Shown: positions 10,049 through 19,762, numbered from the stretch's first letter. The stretch: DNA of 21,880 nucleotides from Octopus sinensis (GCF_006345805.1 NW_021823567.1:1-21880); one strand, 5' to 3'. A program made the numbers and translations. The notes: generated by a model from the sequence alone, not told the origin.

Positions 10049-10493
10049 TTTTTTAAATAGTCAAATTAGCGTTAACATTAATATTTAACACAAGGTTATT
10101 AAGAAGTTAACTAGAGACAATTAGATGCCAAGAAAAAAAAAAAACAGTAATAAATAATTGCTAATACTATTTTCAGGGTTGGACTTGTCTGATACGTGAC
10201 TTTATCTCAAACTGTTTTGCAAGTAAAGAAGACTCCTTTTAACCCATCTAAAAATCACAAAAAACATTTGGGCGATGAAAATGTTGACACGTCAGAAAAG
10301 GGCTCCTCTGTGGTGAAACTGAATTATTGTTTTCGTTTTTACAGCAAGTACAGGAGACAATTTCGAACATGTTCCAGTTTATATAACCTCATCAGAGAAG
10401 CAAAATGTTTATTCTATTTACCGAAGTAGTGATGGTAGAATCACTAAATAAATGCACTAAATTATACATTAGCTGGTGTAGGCAAATAGAATC

Positions 10494-11077
10494 TGTAAGG
10501 AATATGTGAATATCTCCTCTTGCACTTTTGGGGTGCAAGTTGGTGCAATCACTTTCCGTTGCTTTTATATCCAGACTCTACCAGTCAAAGAAACACAAAA
10601 CGCAGACGTAAAAAATAGATATACTTTATTGTTTTATACCGGTGAGAAATCAGTGGTATATCTGATGTCCTTGGTTCTGGGCGCGCAAGGCTGAAAGTTA
10701 ATCGATTGTAATATTTACAATGTTCAGCTGCTAAAACAGAACGGGTCAAAATGGCGTCCAGAGGAAGAAGATGATGTCTGCAACAATCCAGGTTAAAGGC
10801 CTTTTGGTAAGGACTGCTAGAAGCAAGTTCGAACGGAGAGAAAATATGCGTGACCGTCTCCTTCAATCGCTGCCGTCCCAAGTCGCCGCTGCTGCTGCTA
10901 GCGGTCAAACGTTCTACGACCCCCTTGCCTCGCTAACTGTAGGCAATAGGGTTCTGCTTCCGGTGGTTCGCGCATGCGCGAGAGGGCCCTTCCTCTCTCT
11001 GCCTTGGTAAAGGCACCAACACGCGCGAAATAGAAAATGGACGGTGCGCGCGCGCGCACCGTTATAGGATCACTACA
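10494..11077 (-). repeat. 3' LTR (584 bp)
   Basis: tgtaagg...cactaca; adjacent to the PPT. Confidence 0.9.
10625..10630 (-). terminator. Putative AATAAA polyadenylation signal of the LTR
   Basis: tttatt on the + strand, also retained in the other LTR (12769-12774) within an otherwise diverged block. Confidence 0.6.
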
Positions 11078-11092
11078 AGGCTCCCCTCCAGT
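11078..11092 (-). other. Polypurine tract (plus-strand primer)
   Basis: Minus strand reads actGGAGGGGAGcct immediately before the TGT of the 3' LTR. Confidence 0.8.
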
Positions 11093-12604
11093 GCGTACGC
11101 ACGAAAGGAAACTTATTGTAGTGACTGCAAAACTCAAGGTGGACACCAGATAACCAAATAGCACACAATATAATAAAATGGCAAAATTTACAACATACAC
11201 AAGAAATTTACTAAAGGAAAAGGAGAAAAAAAAAAACTCAATGAGCAAAAATCAAGAGTGCATGCATGAAAGTGTATACGTCACAAAGTATAAACCCTTC
11301 CGCTGAAAGGAGCGGAGGGAAAGCAAAACTCACAGTCGAATGAACCTAGGCTACATTAAATCCAACTTCTCTAAAGGTAGTTGATCCTGCAAAATAGCAG
11401 TTAAATCAATTGCTGCAGGAGAGGAAATGGAATTGACAGAAGCTCGCTAGTAACACAAAAGGCAAAAGTGCAAACATGCTGGTGTGATGCGCGACACAGA
11501 TAATTTTCTCTGTTAATTACGTGACCAACAGTGGTCTAACAGGGAAAAATAATTACGCCTAAACATGGCGCAGCGCATGTGAACATCCGACGTCCTATGA
11601 GTCGGGAAAAAAACTAAGCTACCGCAAACGTGTTGCAAAAAACAAGGCAATACACGTGCGAAGCAAGGCGCATGAAATGCAATAGTGCTTGCCAGACCGA
11701 AAAACAGCAAATGAATATGCCAGTGGTTGAGCGATTATATGCCTCTTTCGTACAGGAACAAAAGTATGACATGCTGGCGCGTCATAATGGACAAACAACC
11801 CTCTCTATGTATACGTGACCGACCTAGGGTCTATAGAAATGAGGGGTGTCCACAAAAGGCAAATTCAGCATGGAAAAAAAACAAGCGAGAAAAGCATGTG
11901 TGACGTATGTATGTGAGAGAGAGCATTTATGTGTGTGTACGTGTGTGCGACAGAAATACATACAAGGTGAATGCGAGCAAAATATAAAAACAGCGCATAG
12001 AAAAAATGTCTCTCAAGGCTATTCCAGACAAGAGTTATTTTACCAGTCTCTAATAGCCTGATGCACAATAGCAGTTCGTTCTGTAACAGAATGTTGAGAT
12101 CACAAATGCAGATGCCGATTGGACACATATCGTGTAGCGGTTGTGGCTTCAATGCTGTGACAGGTTAACTGGAACAGAAGAAATCTCGTAGATAGACGGT
12201 GCTGTTTATCCTTGGTGTGCATATGCACATACAGCGTGCACGCTAAAGTTCCGCGAGTTGCTATGTACATCTTGTGGAGGTCGACGGTGTTGAAAGGCGA
12301 CGGTGGTGGAAGGCGACTGTAGTGGACTTGAGACAACATCGTTCTTAGTGATGATGGCGACGAAGATAACGACGACGTGAAGTAGAAAAACGACGATGGC
12401 GATGACGAAGGTGGAGAAAAGGCATCGAATATATGATGGCGTTCGTCATCATGGCTGTAGAATAAGAAAGAGGCTCCTTCTACAACTGTTTGTGGAGGCC
12501 GGAAACAAATCGTCGAAAGATGAATGCGTAGAGTTAAATCGTGTTCCGACTTCGCAGAAAAACTGGATTTCTTTGTTGTTAAGTGATCTCTGGTTTTAGA
12601 CCAG

Positions 12605-12625
12605 AATCACGTCGGGAGGTCACCA
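12605..12625 (-). other. Primer-binding site complementary to tRNA-Trp
   Basis: + strand aatcacgtcgggaggtcacca versus the eukaryotic tRNA-Trp 3' end aatcacgtcggggtcacca (2-nt insertion); 1 nt from the LTR edge. Confidence 0.85.
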
Positions 12626-12626
12626 G

Positions 12627-13222
12627 TGTAACGAACTTGTGTGAGTGAATATATCTTCTCTTGTACTTTCGGGGTACAAGAAAGCAATCACTAGCCGTTG
12701 CTTTAATAATCCAGATTCTCTACCAGTCAGAAACAACAAGACGCAGACGTAAAATATATATATACTACTTTATTCTCTTTCTTGGTAAGTAATAATAAGT
12801 GTGTTATCTGATGTCCTTGGTTCTGGGCGCGCAAGGCTGAAAGTTAATCGATTGTAATATTTACAATATTCAGCCGCTAAAACCAGAACGGGTTCAAGAT
12901 GGCGTCGAACAGGGAAGTTGAATGTGGTCGGCAACGCATTCGGCCGACTGCTGCTAGAATCAAGTCCTGACGGAGAGAGAATATACGTGACCGTTGCCTT
13001 CGATAGCCATGTCTCAAAGCCCCCGCTGACTGCTGCTAGCGGTCAAACGTTCTACGACCCCCTTGCCTCGCTAACTGCTACGTAGGCAATAGGGTTCTGC
13101 TTCCGGTGGTTCGCGCATGCGCGAGAGGGCCCTTCCTCTCTCTGCCTTGGTAAAGGCACCAACACGCGCGAAATAGAAAATGGACGGTGCGCGCGCGCGC
13201 GCACCGTTATAGGATCACTACA
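12627..13222 (-). repeat. 5' LTR (596 bp)
   Basis: tgtaacg...cactaca; adjacent to the PBS. Confidence 0.9.
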
Positions 13223-13288
13223 AATCGTTTAGAGAATATATAATACAGTCGCCATCCGTATGAAAAAAGTAATGTTAGTATTAACATG

Positions 13289-13305
13289 TATATATATATA
13301 TATAT

Positions 13306-13346
<41 letters not shown>

Positions 13347-13401
13347 GGAGATATCTCATTTCGCAAAAAATTCGTATTTATATATATATATATATATATA
13401 T
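13289..13401. repeat. (TA)n/(GA)n microsatellites
   Basis: Directly visible. Confidence 0.9.
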
Positions 13402-13402
13402 C

Positions 13403-13810
13403 GGTGCGGGAGTAGCTGAGTAGTAGGTAGCTTGCTTACCAACTACATGATTCTGGGTTCAATCCCACAGCGTGGCACCTTGGGCAAGTGTCTTTTTCTA
13501 TAGCCTCGGGCCAACCAAAGATTTTTGTGAGTGCATTTGGTAGACGGAAACTGAAGGAAGCCGTCGTATATGTATGTATATATATGTGTGTGTGTGTGTG
13601 TGTATGTTTGTGTGTCTGTTTGCCCCCATCATCATCGCTTGACAACCGATATTGGTGTGTTTACGTCCCCGTTACCTAGCGGTTCGGCACAAGAGACTGA
13701 TAGGATAAGTACTAGGTATACAAAGATTAAGTCCTGGGGTCGATTTGTTCGACTGAAAAGGCAATGCTCCTGCATTACTACAGTCAAATGACTGAAACAA
13801 ATAAAAGAAT
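13403..13810 (+). mobile_element. SINE A, full length
   Basis: Colinear with 5287-5706. Confidence 0.9.
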
Positions 13811-13854
13811 ATATATATGGAATAATTTCTGTGAAGTCTTGTGTAGAATATATT

Positions 13855-14075
13855 GTATAAAAGATCGTGAGTAAGGTCAAAACAATGCGAAGTAAATTGC
13901 AAGGTAAATCACAAGAAAGCAAATATGTGAACTAATGTAGACTCACCTTGTATTCGAGGTCATGAGACCATTTTCAAGAAACTGACGAATGTTGCCGCGG
14001 CAGCATATTTGTTTTCTTGTGATTTACCTTGCATTTACTTCGCATTGTTTTGGCGTTACCCACGATCTTTTATAC
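13855..14075. mobile_element. MITE-like foldback element
   Basis: Arms 13855-13927 and 14004-14075 are reverse complements with 4 substitutions and 1 indel; 76-bp spacer. Confidence 0.7.
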
Positions 14076-14473
14076 CAGGAGTGGCTGTGTGGTAAGTAGC
14101 TTGTTTACCAATCACATGTTTCTGGGTTCAGTCCCACTGCGTGGCATCTTGGGCAAGTGTCTTCTGCTATAGCCCCGGGCCGACCAATGCCTTGTGAGTG
14201 GATTTGGTAGACGGAAACTGAAAGAAGCCTGTCGTATATATGTATATATATATAAGTGTATGTGTGTGTATATGTTTGTGTGTCTGTGTTTGTCCCCCTA
14301 GCATTGCTTGACAACAATGCTGGTGTGTTTACGTCCCCGTCACTTAGCGGTTCGGCAAAAGAGACTTACAAAGAATAAGTCCCGGGGTCGATTTGCTCGA
14401 CTAAAGGCGGTGCTCCAGCATGGCCGCAGTCAAATGACTGAAACAAGTAAAAGAGTAAAAGAGTAAAGAGTAA
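14076..14473 (+). mobile_element. SINE A with a ~20-bp internal deletion
   Basis: gagac|ttacaaag junction lacks the gatagaataagtact segment. Confidence 0.9.
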
Positions 14474-14807
14474 TATATAAAGAAAACAAAAAATGGAATA
14501 GGAACGTGACAAGCGACAACAAAACTTCCAGACAGACGATGCAAAAAAGGAGAGAAAAAAATAAGGACGGGTCATTCGGAGCTTCGTATTTTCAGTCGAG
14601 TTCCAGATCGTCGTTGCAGTTTCGGCCGGTTAGACTCGAGACTGCTCCAATCTGGCCGGCCCCAAGAAAATCTAAGCTAAGAGCACTAGATTCCTTGGAA
14701 GAATGCAAGCGAATGTATACGAAAACAAGGACGAAAAAAAAACCCGGAGAAATGGTACACAATTACAACAGGACTTTAACAACAAGTGTCTTTCAACTAA
14801 GGACGAT

Positions 14808-14923
14808 GCACACATACGACGAGCTTCCGTCCACCAAATTCACTCACCAGGTATTATTCAGCCCGGTGTTATACTAGAAGGCACTTGACCAAGATGTCGA
14901 AGTGTGGTATTGAACTTAAAACC
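14808..14923 (-). mobile_element. Highly diverged SINE A 5' fragment
   Basis: tccgtccaccaaattcactcac...ggcacttgaccaagatg resembles the family A head region. Confidence 0.65.
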
Positions 14924-15045
14924 GCCTATAAAAATTGTCTTTTCTTTCTTTCTGCCTTTCTTTCCTTCTGTTTACGTGCGATATTCAGTACTTCATTCCT
15001 TAACTTATCGAAATTCAGGCTACTGGCACATTTCAGTTATTTCTC

Positions 15046-15452
15046 TCTTACTCTTTTACTCTTTTACTTGTTTCAGTCATATGACTGCGGCCATGCTGGA
15101 GCACCGCCTTTAGTCGAGCAACTCGACCCCGGGACTTATTCTTTGTAAACCCAGTACTTATTCTATCGGTTTCTTTTTGCCGAACCGCTAAGTGACGGGG
15201 ACGTAAACACACCAGCATCGGTTGTCAACCAATGCTAGGGGACAAACACAGACATACACACACACACACAATATATATATACATACATACGACAGGCTTC
15301 TTTCAGTTTCCGTCTACCAAATCTACTCATAAGGCATTGGTCGGCCCGGGGCTATAGTAGAAGACACTTGCCCAACATGCCACGCAGTGGGACTGAACCC
15401 GGAACCATGTGGTTGGTTAGCAAGCTACTTACCACACAGCCACTCCTGCGCC
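15046..15452 (-). mobile_element. SINE A, full length, young
   Basis: Reverse complement of the 5287-5706 type; ends cactcctgcgcc. Confidence 0.93.
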
Positions 15453-15470
15453 TTTGCTTCTTTTTTTTTT

Positions 15471-15767
15471 TATAAATTATGCAAATATACTTTCTGATAT
15501 AAATTATGCAAATATACTTTCTGATATAAATTATGCAAATATACTTTCTGATATAAATTATGCAAATATACTTTCTGATATAAATTATGCAAATATACTT
15601 TCTGATATAAATTATGCAAATATACTTTCTGATATAAATTATGCAAATATACTTTCTGATATAAATTATGCAAATATACTTTCTGATATAAATTATGCAA
15701 ATATACTTTCTGATATAAATTATGCAAATATACTTTCTGATATAAATTATGCAAATATACTTTCTGA
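15471..15767. repeat. Perfect minisatellite, 11 x 27 bp (tataaattatgcaaatatactttctga)
   Basis: Unit starts at 15471 + 27n up to 15741; no variants seen. Confidence 0.97.
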
Positions 15768-16027
15768 AAATTATTCGTAATTGCTTCTGTATATAATAAA
15801 ACAGGCCAAATTAAACCAGATTAAACCAAATATGCAAAGTTATCCCTTGCTTACAAAGACAAAACATTGCATCTCCTAAGCATGCAAATTCACCTTGGAA
15901 CATTCTTCTTCTGTTATTTTTCTTTTTTTTTTGGGGGGGGTTAACTGTTGCTGTCATTTATACCATTACTATCGCTTCTGATGTTGTTTTTGATGATGAT
16001 GATGATGATGATGATGAATCTGTTGAT

Positions 16028-16271
16028 CATCATCATCATTGTTCGACCGTGGTCGAGACAATGGAATTTACCATGCTACGCCAGACTTCACGGTCCATCA
16101 TGGCATTACGGAGGTCCTGTTGCTGGATGCCTGTATCCCTGGAGATTACATCAGGGTAGGAGAGTGTGCGCCCTCTGGTATTGCGAGTAGATGGCTTCCA
16201 GAGGAGAAGAGTAGAAATTACTTCTTTTTCAGCTCTACAACAATGTCCAGCAAACTGGACTCTCCTACCTT
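16028..16271 (-). mobile_element. 5'-truncated RTE-clade LINE (3' end of the RT ORF)
   Basis: Stop-free translation KGRRVQFAGHCCRAEKEVISTLLLWKPSTRNTRGRTLSYPDVISRDTGIQQQDLRNAMMDREVWRSMVNSIVSTTVEQ*; (TGA)n tail; 9-bp TSD tctgttgat at 16019-16027 and 16272-16280. Confidence 0.9.
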
Positions 16272-16344
16272 TCTGTTGATACTAATCCTGGTCGTAAAGG
16301 TTATGTCGATATTTCGATATTGGTAGTAAGATGGACGGACGATT

Positions 16345-16460
16345 ATGATTACGATGATGATGATGATGAAGTTGATGATGGGTTGGAGGATTACGCCGGT
16401 CCTAATTGCAGTGGTGGTTGTAGTGATGCTGGTGGTGATGGTAGTAATAGTTGTTGTTGT

Positions 16461-16496
<36 letters not shown>

Positions 16497-16641
16497 CGGT
16501 GATGACGACGATGATGATGATGTGATGGTAGTGTGTAGGAGAGTGGGGGTGATGAAGATGACGACGACGTCGTCGGCGACTGTGATACTGAAGTGGGGTG
16601 GAAAAGATTATGATGATAATCACCGTTGTAGTGGTTGCGGC

Positions 16642-16685
<44 letters not shown>

Positions 16686-16842
16686 CGATGACGACGACGA
16701 CGACGCTGATGATGACGCTGATGATAATGATGAGAAGGATAAGGATTATGGTGATGATGATGATAACGGCTTATGAGCGCGGTAATGATGATTATTACAG
16801 TGATGACGTGTATGATGATGATGATGATGATGATGATGATTA
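16345..16842. repeat. (GAT)n/(GAC)n/(GTT)n compound triplet tract
   Basis: Directly visible. Confidence 0.93.
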
Positions 16843-17378
16843 TGGTGTGTCTCGCAGACAGCATGATGCTTTTGTTTTTATTTTTTGATTTATAAATTTT
16901 TTTTTTTCTTTTCTATTTTGTTTGTTCTGACAGTTGTCGGAAACGAGTGGGACTGTACACGTAGGCGTCTCATGTCACTTAGTCTAGTCTGTGTTTTATA
17001 CAACCTTCACACCATCCCTCACTTTGTCGGTGTTCTGTTTCTCCACATCCCCCCCCCACACACTCACTTAGTCTGGGCCTACGTTTTCCTCCCCTCCCCT
17101 CCCCTCCCTTCCCAGATCTCTACCACTTATTCCCCCACCCTCCACCCACTATCCAACCACTATCACCACCTTTCACAGTACCAATCCCTAGCCGCCACTG
17201 CTAACAACCACAACCACCAACACCAACACCAACAACCCCTTCTGTCTCTCAGTACCAACACTATTATCGCTTAATAACTCGAAAGACCACAGCCAGTTCT
17301 AATCGAGCCAATGAAGGCGGTTCAAATGGGTCGCTCGGGGTTGTAGAAATAGCAGCAAAATTTCTCTTAAATTGAAAT

Positions 17379-17606
17379 TCTTTTTATCTTTTAATTGTTC
17401 CAGTCATTTGACTGTGGCGATGCTGGGGCACCGCCTTTAAGGTTTTTTTTTTTTTTAGTCGAACAAATCGACCTCCGGACTTTTTTTAAAGCCTACTACT
17501 TATTCTATCGGTTCCTTTTGCCGAACTGCTAAATTACAGGGACGTAAACAACCAAGACCGGTTGTCAAGCGGTGGAGGGGGGGGGCAAAGAGACAAGAAG
17601 ACATAC
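17379..17606 (-). mobile_element. SINE A 3' half, diverged
   Basis: cagtcatttgactgtggcgatgctgg...ggttgtcaagc. Confidence 0.8.
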
Positions 17607-17757
17607 CTGCATACCATCTGGTTCATAACTGATGAAGAATTAGGGACCTTCTGTTTATGTCTCCCGACCAGTTGTACGCTCAGTATACGTTAGACGTTTC
17701 TTTTACTTGTCTTTTACTTGTTTATTTACAATACATTTTTTTCATTTATTATATATA

Positions 17758-18136
17758 GGCACAGGAGTGGCTGTGTGGTAAGTAGCTTGCTAACCAACCA
17801 CATGGTTCCGGGTTCAGTCCCACTGCGTGGCATCTTGGGCAAGTGTCTCCTGCTATAGCCCCGGGCCGACCAATGCCTTGTGAGTGGATTTGGTAGACGG
17901 AAACTGAAAGAAGCCTGTCGTATATATGTATATATATGTGTTTGTCCCCCTAGCATTACTTGACAACCGATGCTGGTGTGTTTACGTCCCCGTCACTTAG
18001 CGGTTCGGCAAAAAGAGACCGATAGAATAAGTACTGGGCTTACAAAGAATAAGTCCCGGGGTCGATTTGCTCGACTAAAGTCGGTGCTCCAGCATGGCCG
18101 CAGTCAAATGACTGAAACAAGTAAAAGAATAAAAGA
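17758..18136 (+). mobile_element. SINE A, full length, short microsatellite core
   Basis: Colinear with 5287-5706. Confidence 0.93.
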
Positions 18137-18144
18137 ACATGTAA

Positions 18145-18342
18145 GGCGGCGAGCTGGCAGAAACGTTAGCATGCCGGGCGAAATGCTTAACAGTGTTACG
18201 TCTGTCTTTACGTTCTGAGTTCAAATTCCGCCGAGGTCGACTTTGCCTTTCATCCTTTCAGGTTCGATAAATTAGGAACTTAGGTCGATCTAATCGACTG
18301 GCTCCTCTCCCCCAAAATTTCAGAGTTGTGTAGAGAAGATTA
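18145..18342 (+). mobile_element. SINE C variant with a different 3' tail
   Basis: Head and centre as at 3740; tail tcgactggctcctctcccccaaaatttcag differs. Confidence 0.8.
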
Positions 18343-18388
18343 AATATACATGTACATACGTACACACACACACACACATAAATATTCG

Positions 18389-18815
18389 TTTGTTTCAGTC
18401 ATTTGACTGTGGCCATTTAGGAGTACCGCCTTTAGTGGAGCAAATCGACCCCAGAGCTTATTCTTTGTAAGCCTAGTGCTTATTCTATCGGTCTCTTTTG
18501 CCGAACCGCTAAGTTACGGGAGACGTAAACACACCAACATCGGTTGTCGAGCGATGTTGGGGAACAAACACAGACACACAAACATATACGACGGGTTTCT
18601 TCCTGTTTCTGTCAACCAAATCCACTCACAAGGCTTTGGTCGGCCCGTGGCTATAGTAGAACACACTTGTCCAAGGTGCCACGCAGTGGGACTGAACCCG
18701 GACCCACGTCTACCAAATCTACTAGAAGACACTTGCCCAAGGTTCCACGCAGTGGGACTGAACTTGGTACCATGTGGTTGGTATGCAACTTACCACACAC
18801 AGCCACTCCTGCGCC
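18389..18815 (-). mobile_element. SINE A with a partial internal duplication near the B-box
   Basis: tagaa(c/g)acacttg...gggactgaac occurs twice (about 18657-18700 and 18723-18762). Confidence 0.85.
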
Positions 18816-19014
18816 TATACACACACACACAACACACACACACCAACAATATATATATATTATATATATTAATATATATATATATATATAAAATCAGATA
18901 AACTTAGATAGGTTTCGACCAAAGATTGGTCCAGGCTATGTCTAACTTAAGAGCACCTCCTGATAGGATTAGCTAAGTCAAGTTTTGTGGTATCATGGTC
19001 CATTAGAGTAGGAA

Positions 19015-19363
19015 TATATATGTATACGACGGGCTTCTTTCAGTTTCCATCTACCAATCCACTCACAAGGCTTTGGTTGGCCCGAGGCTACAGTAGAAGA
19101 CTTACCCAAGGTGCCATGCAGTAGGACTGAACCTGGAACCATATATGTTTGTGTGTGTGTGTGCACGTGCGCGCGTGTGGCAACTGGCGTTGGTATGTTT
19201 GCGTCCCCGTAACTTGGCACTTCGTCAAAAGTGACCAATAGAGTATGTACCAGGCTTTAAAAAGAAAAATTACTATGGTCGATTTGTTCAACTAAAATTA
19301 TTCAAGATGGTGCTCCAGCATGGCCGCAGTCTAATGACTGAAACGAGTAAAAGATAAAAGATA
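19015..19363. mobile_element. SINE A with the 5' segment inverted relative to the 3' segment
   Basis: 19015-19142 is minus-strand 5' body; 19143-19363 is plus-strand microsatellite plus 3' body and tail. Confidence 0.75.
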
Positions 19364-19762
19364 CCCTTGTTCATGTGACTGCGTTATCGGGTCTAATTTG
19401 GTGCTAAATAACCACTACCAACTCTTTACTACAGTAAATATCAGCATATAACATCAACAGCACCAACGAAGGGGCTTTCAAGTAGGATTGCATTTTGGTC
19501 TGCTAGAAATGGCAACCAAAATTCATTCATATCATATCTTAAAAAAACGTATTCAATGGCGACTTATTAGTCGTTTGCAGATATCAGCACGGATCAACGA
19601 TCAGCTTGTTCGCTGAAATTATTTGATAAGGCCATCAGCCCTTGTTAGATTCATCGGTCCAGATAGTTCTGGCTAGCGAGATGCAACATGTCAAAAACAC
19701 CTATGTCCCAGCGTCGATTGTACACGTAGCCGTGATAAAGAAGAGCGAGTAGCATACTTGGA

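Larger units (their letters stand above)
10494..13222 (-). mobile_element. Complete non-autonomous Gypsy-type LTR retroelement (probably CsRn1-like)
   Basis: Two direct repeats with TGTA...TACA ends; 4-bp TSD AATC (10490-10493, 13223-13226); tRNA-Trp PBS; PPT; 1549-bp interior without recognisable gag/pol. Confidence 0.9.

Noticed and set aside
10585-11248. ORFs overlapping the 3' LTR
   Set aside because: Not preserved in the other LTR (indels) and no domain similarity.
15454-15780. CRISPR-like array or INYANILSD repeat protein
   Set aside because: Units are contiguous with no spacers, there are no cas genes, and the context is eukaryotic; the ORF is open only because 27 is a multiple of 3.
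16039-16326. 95-aa plus-strand ORF MFDRGRDNG...
   Set aside because: Antisense shadow of the RTE coding fragment on the minus strand.
16345-16888. Poly-Asp, poly-His and poly-Met ORFs suggesting biomineralisation or metal-binding proteins
   Set aside because: (GAT)n microsatellite open in several frames on both strands; no supporting gene structure.
17088-17113. Potential G-quadruplex (GGGGA)n on the minus strand
   Set aside because: Part of a generic C-rich low-complexity tract with no contextual support for function.
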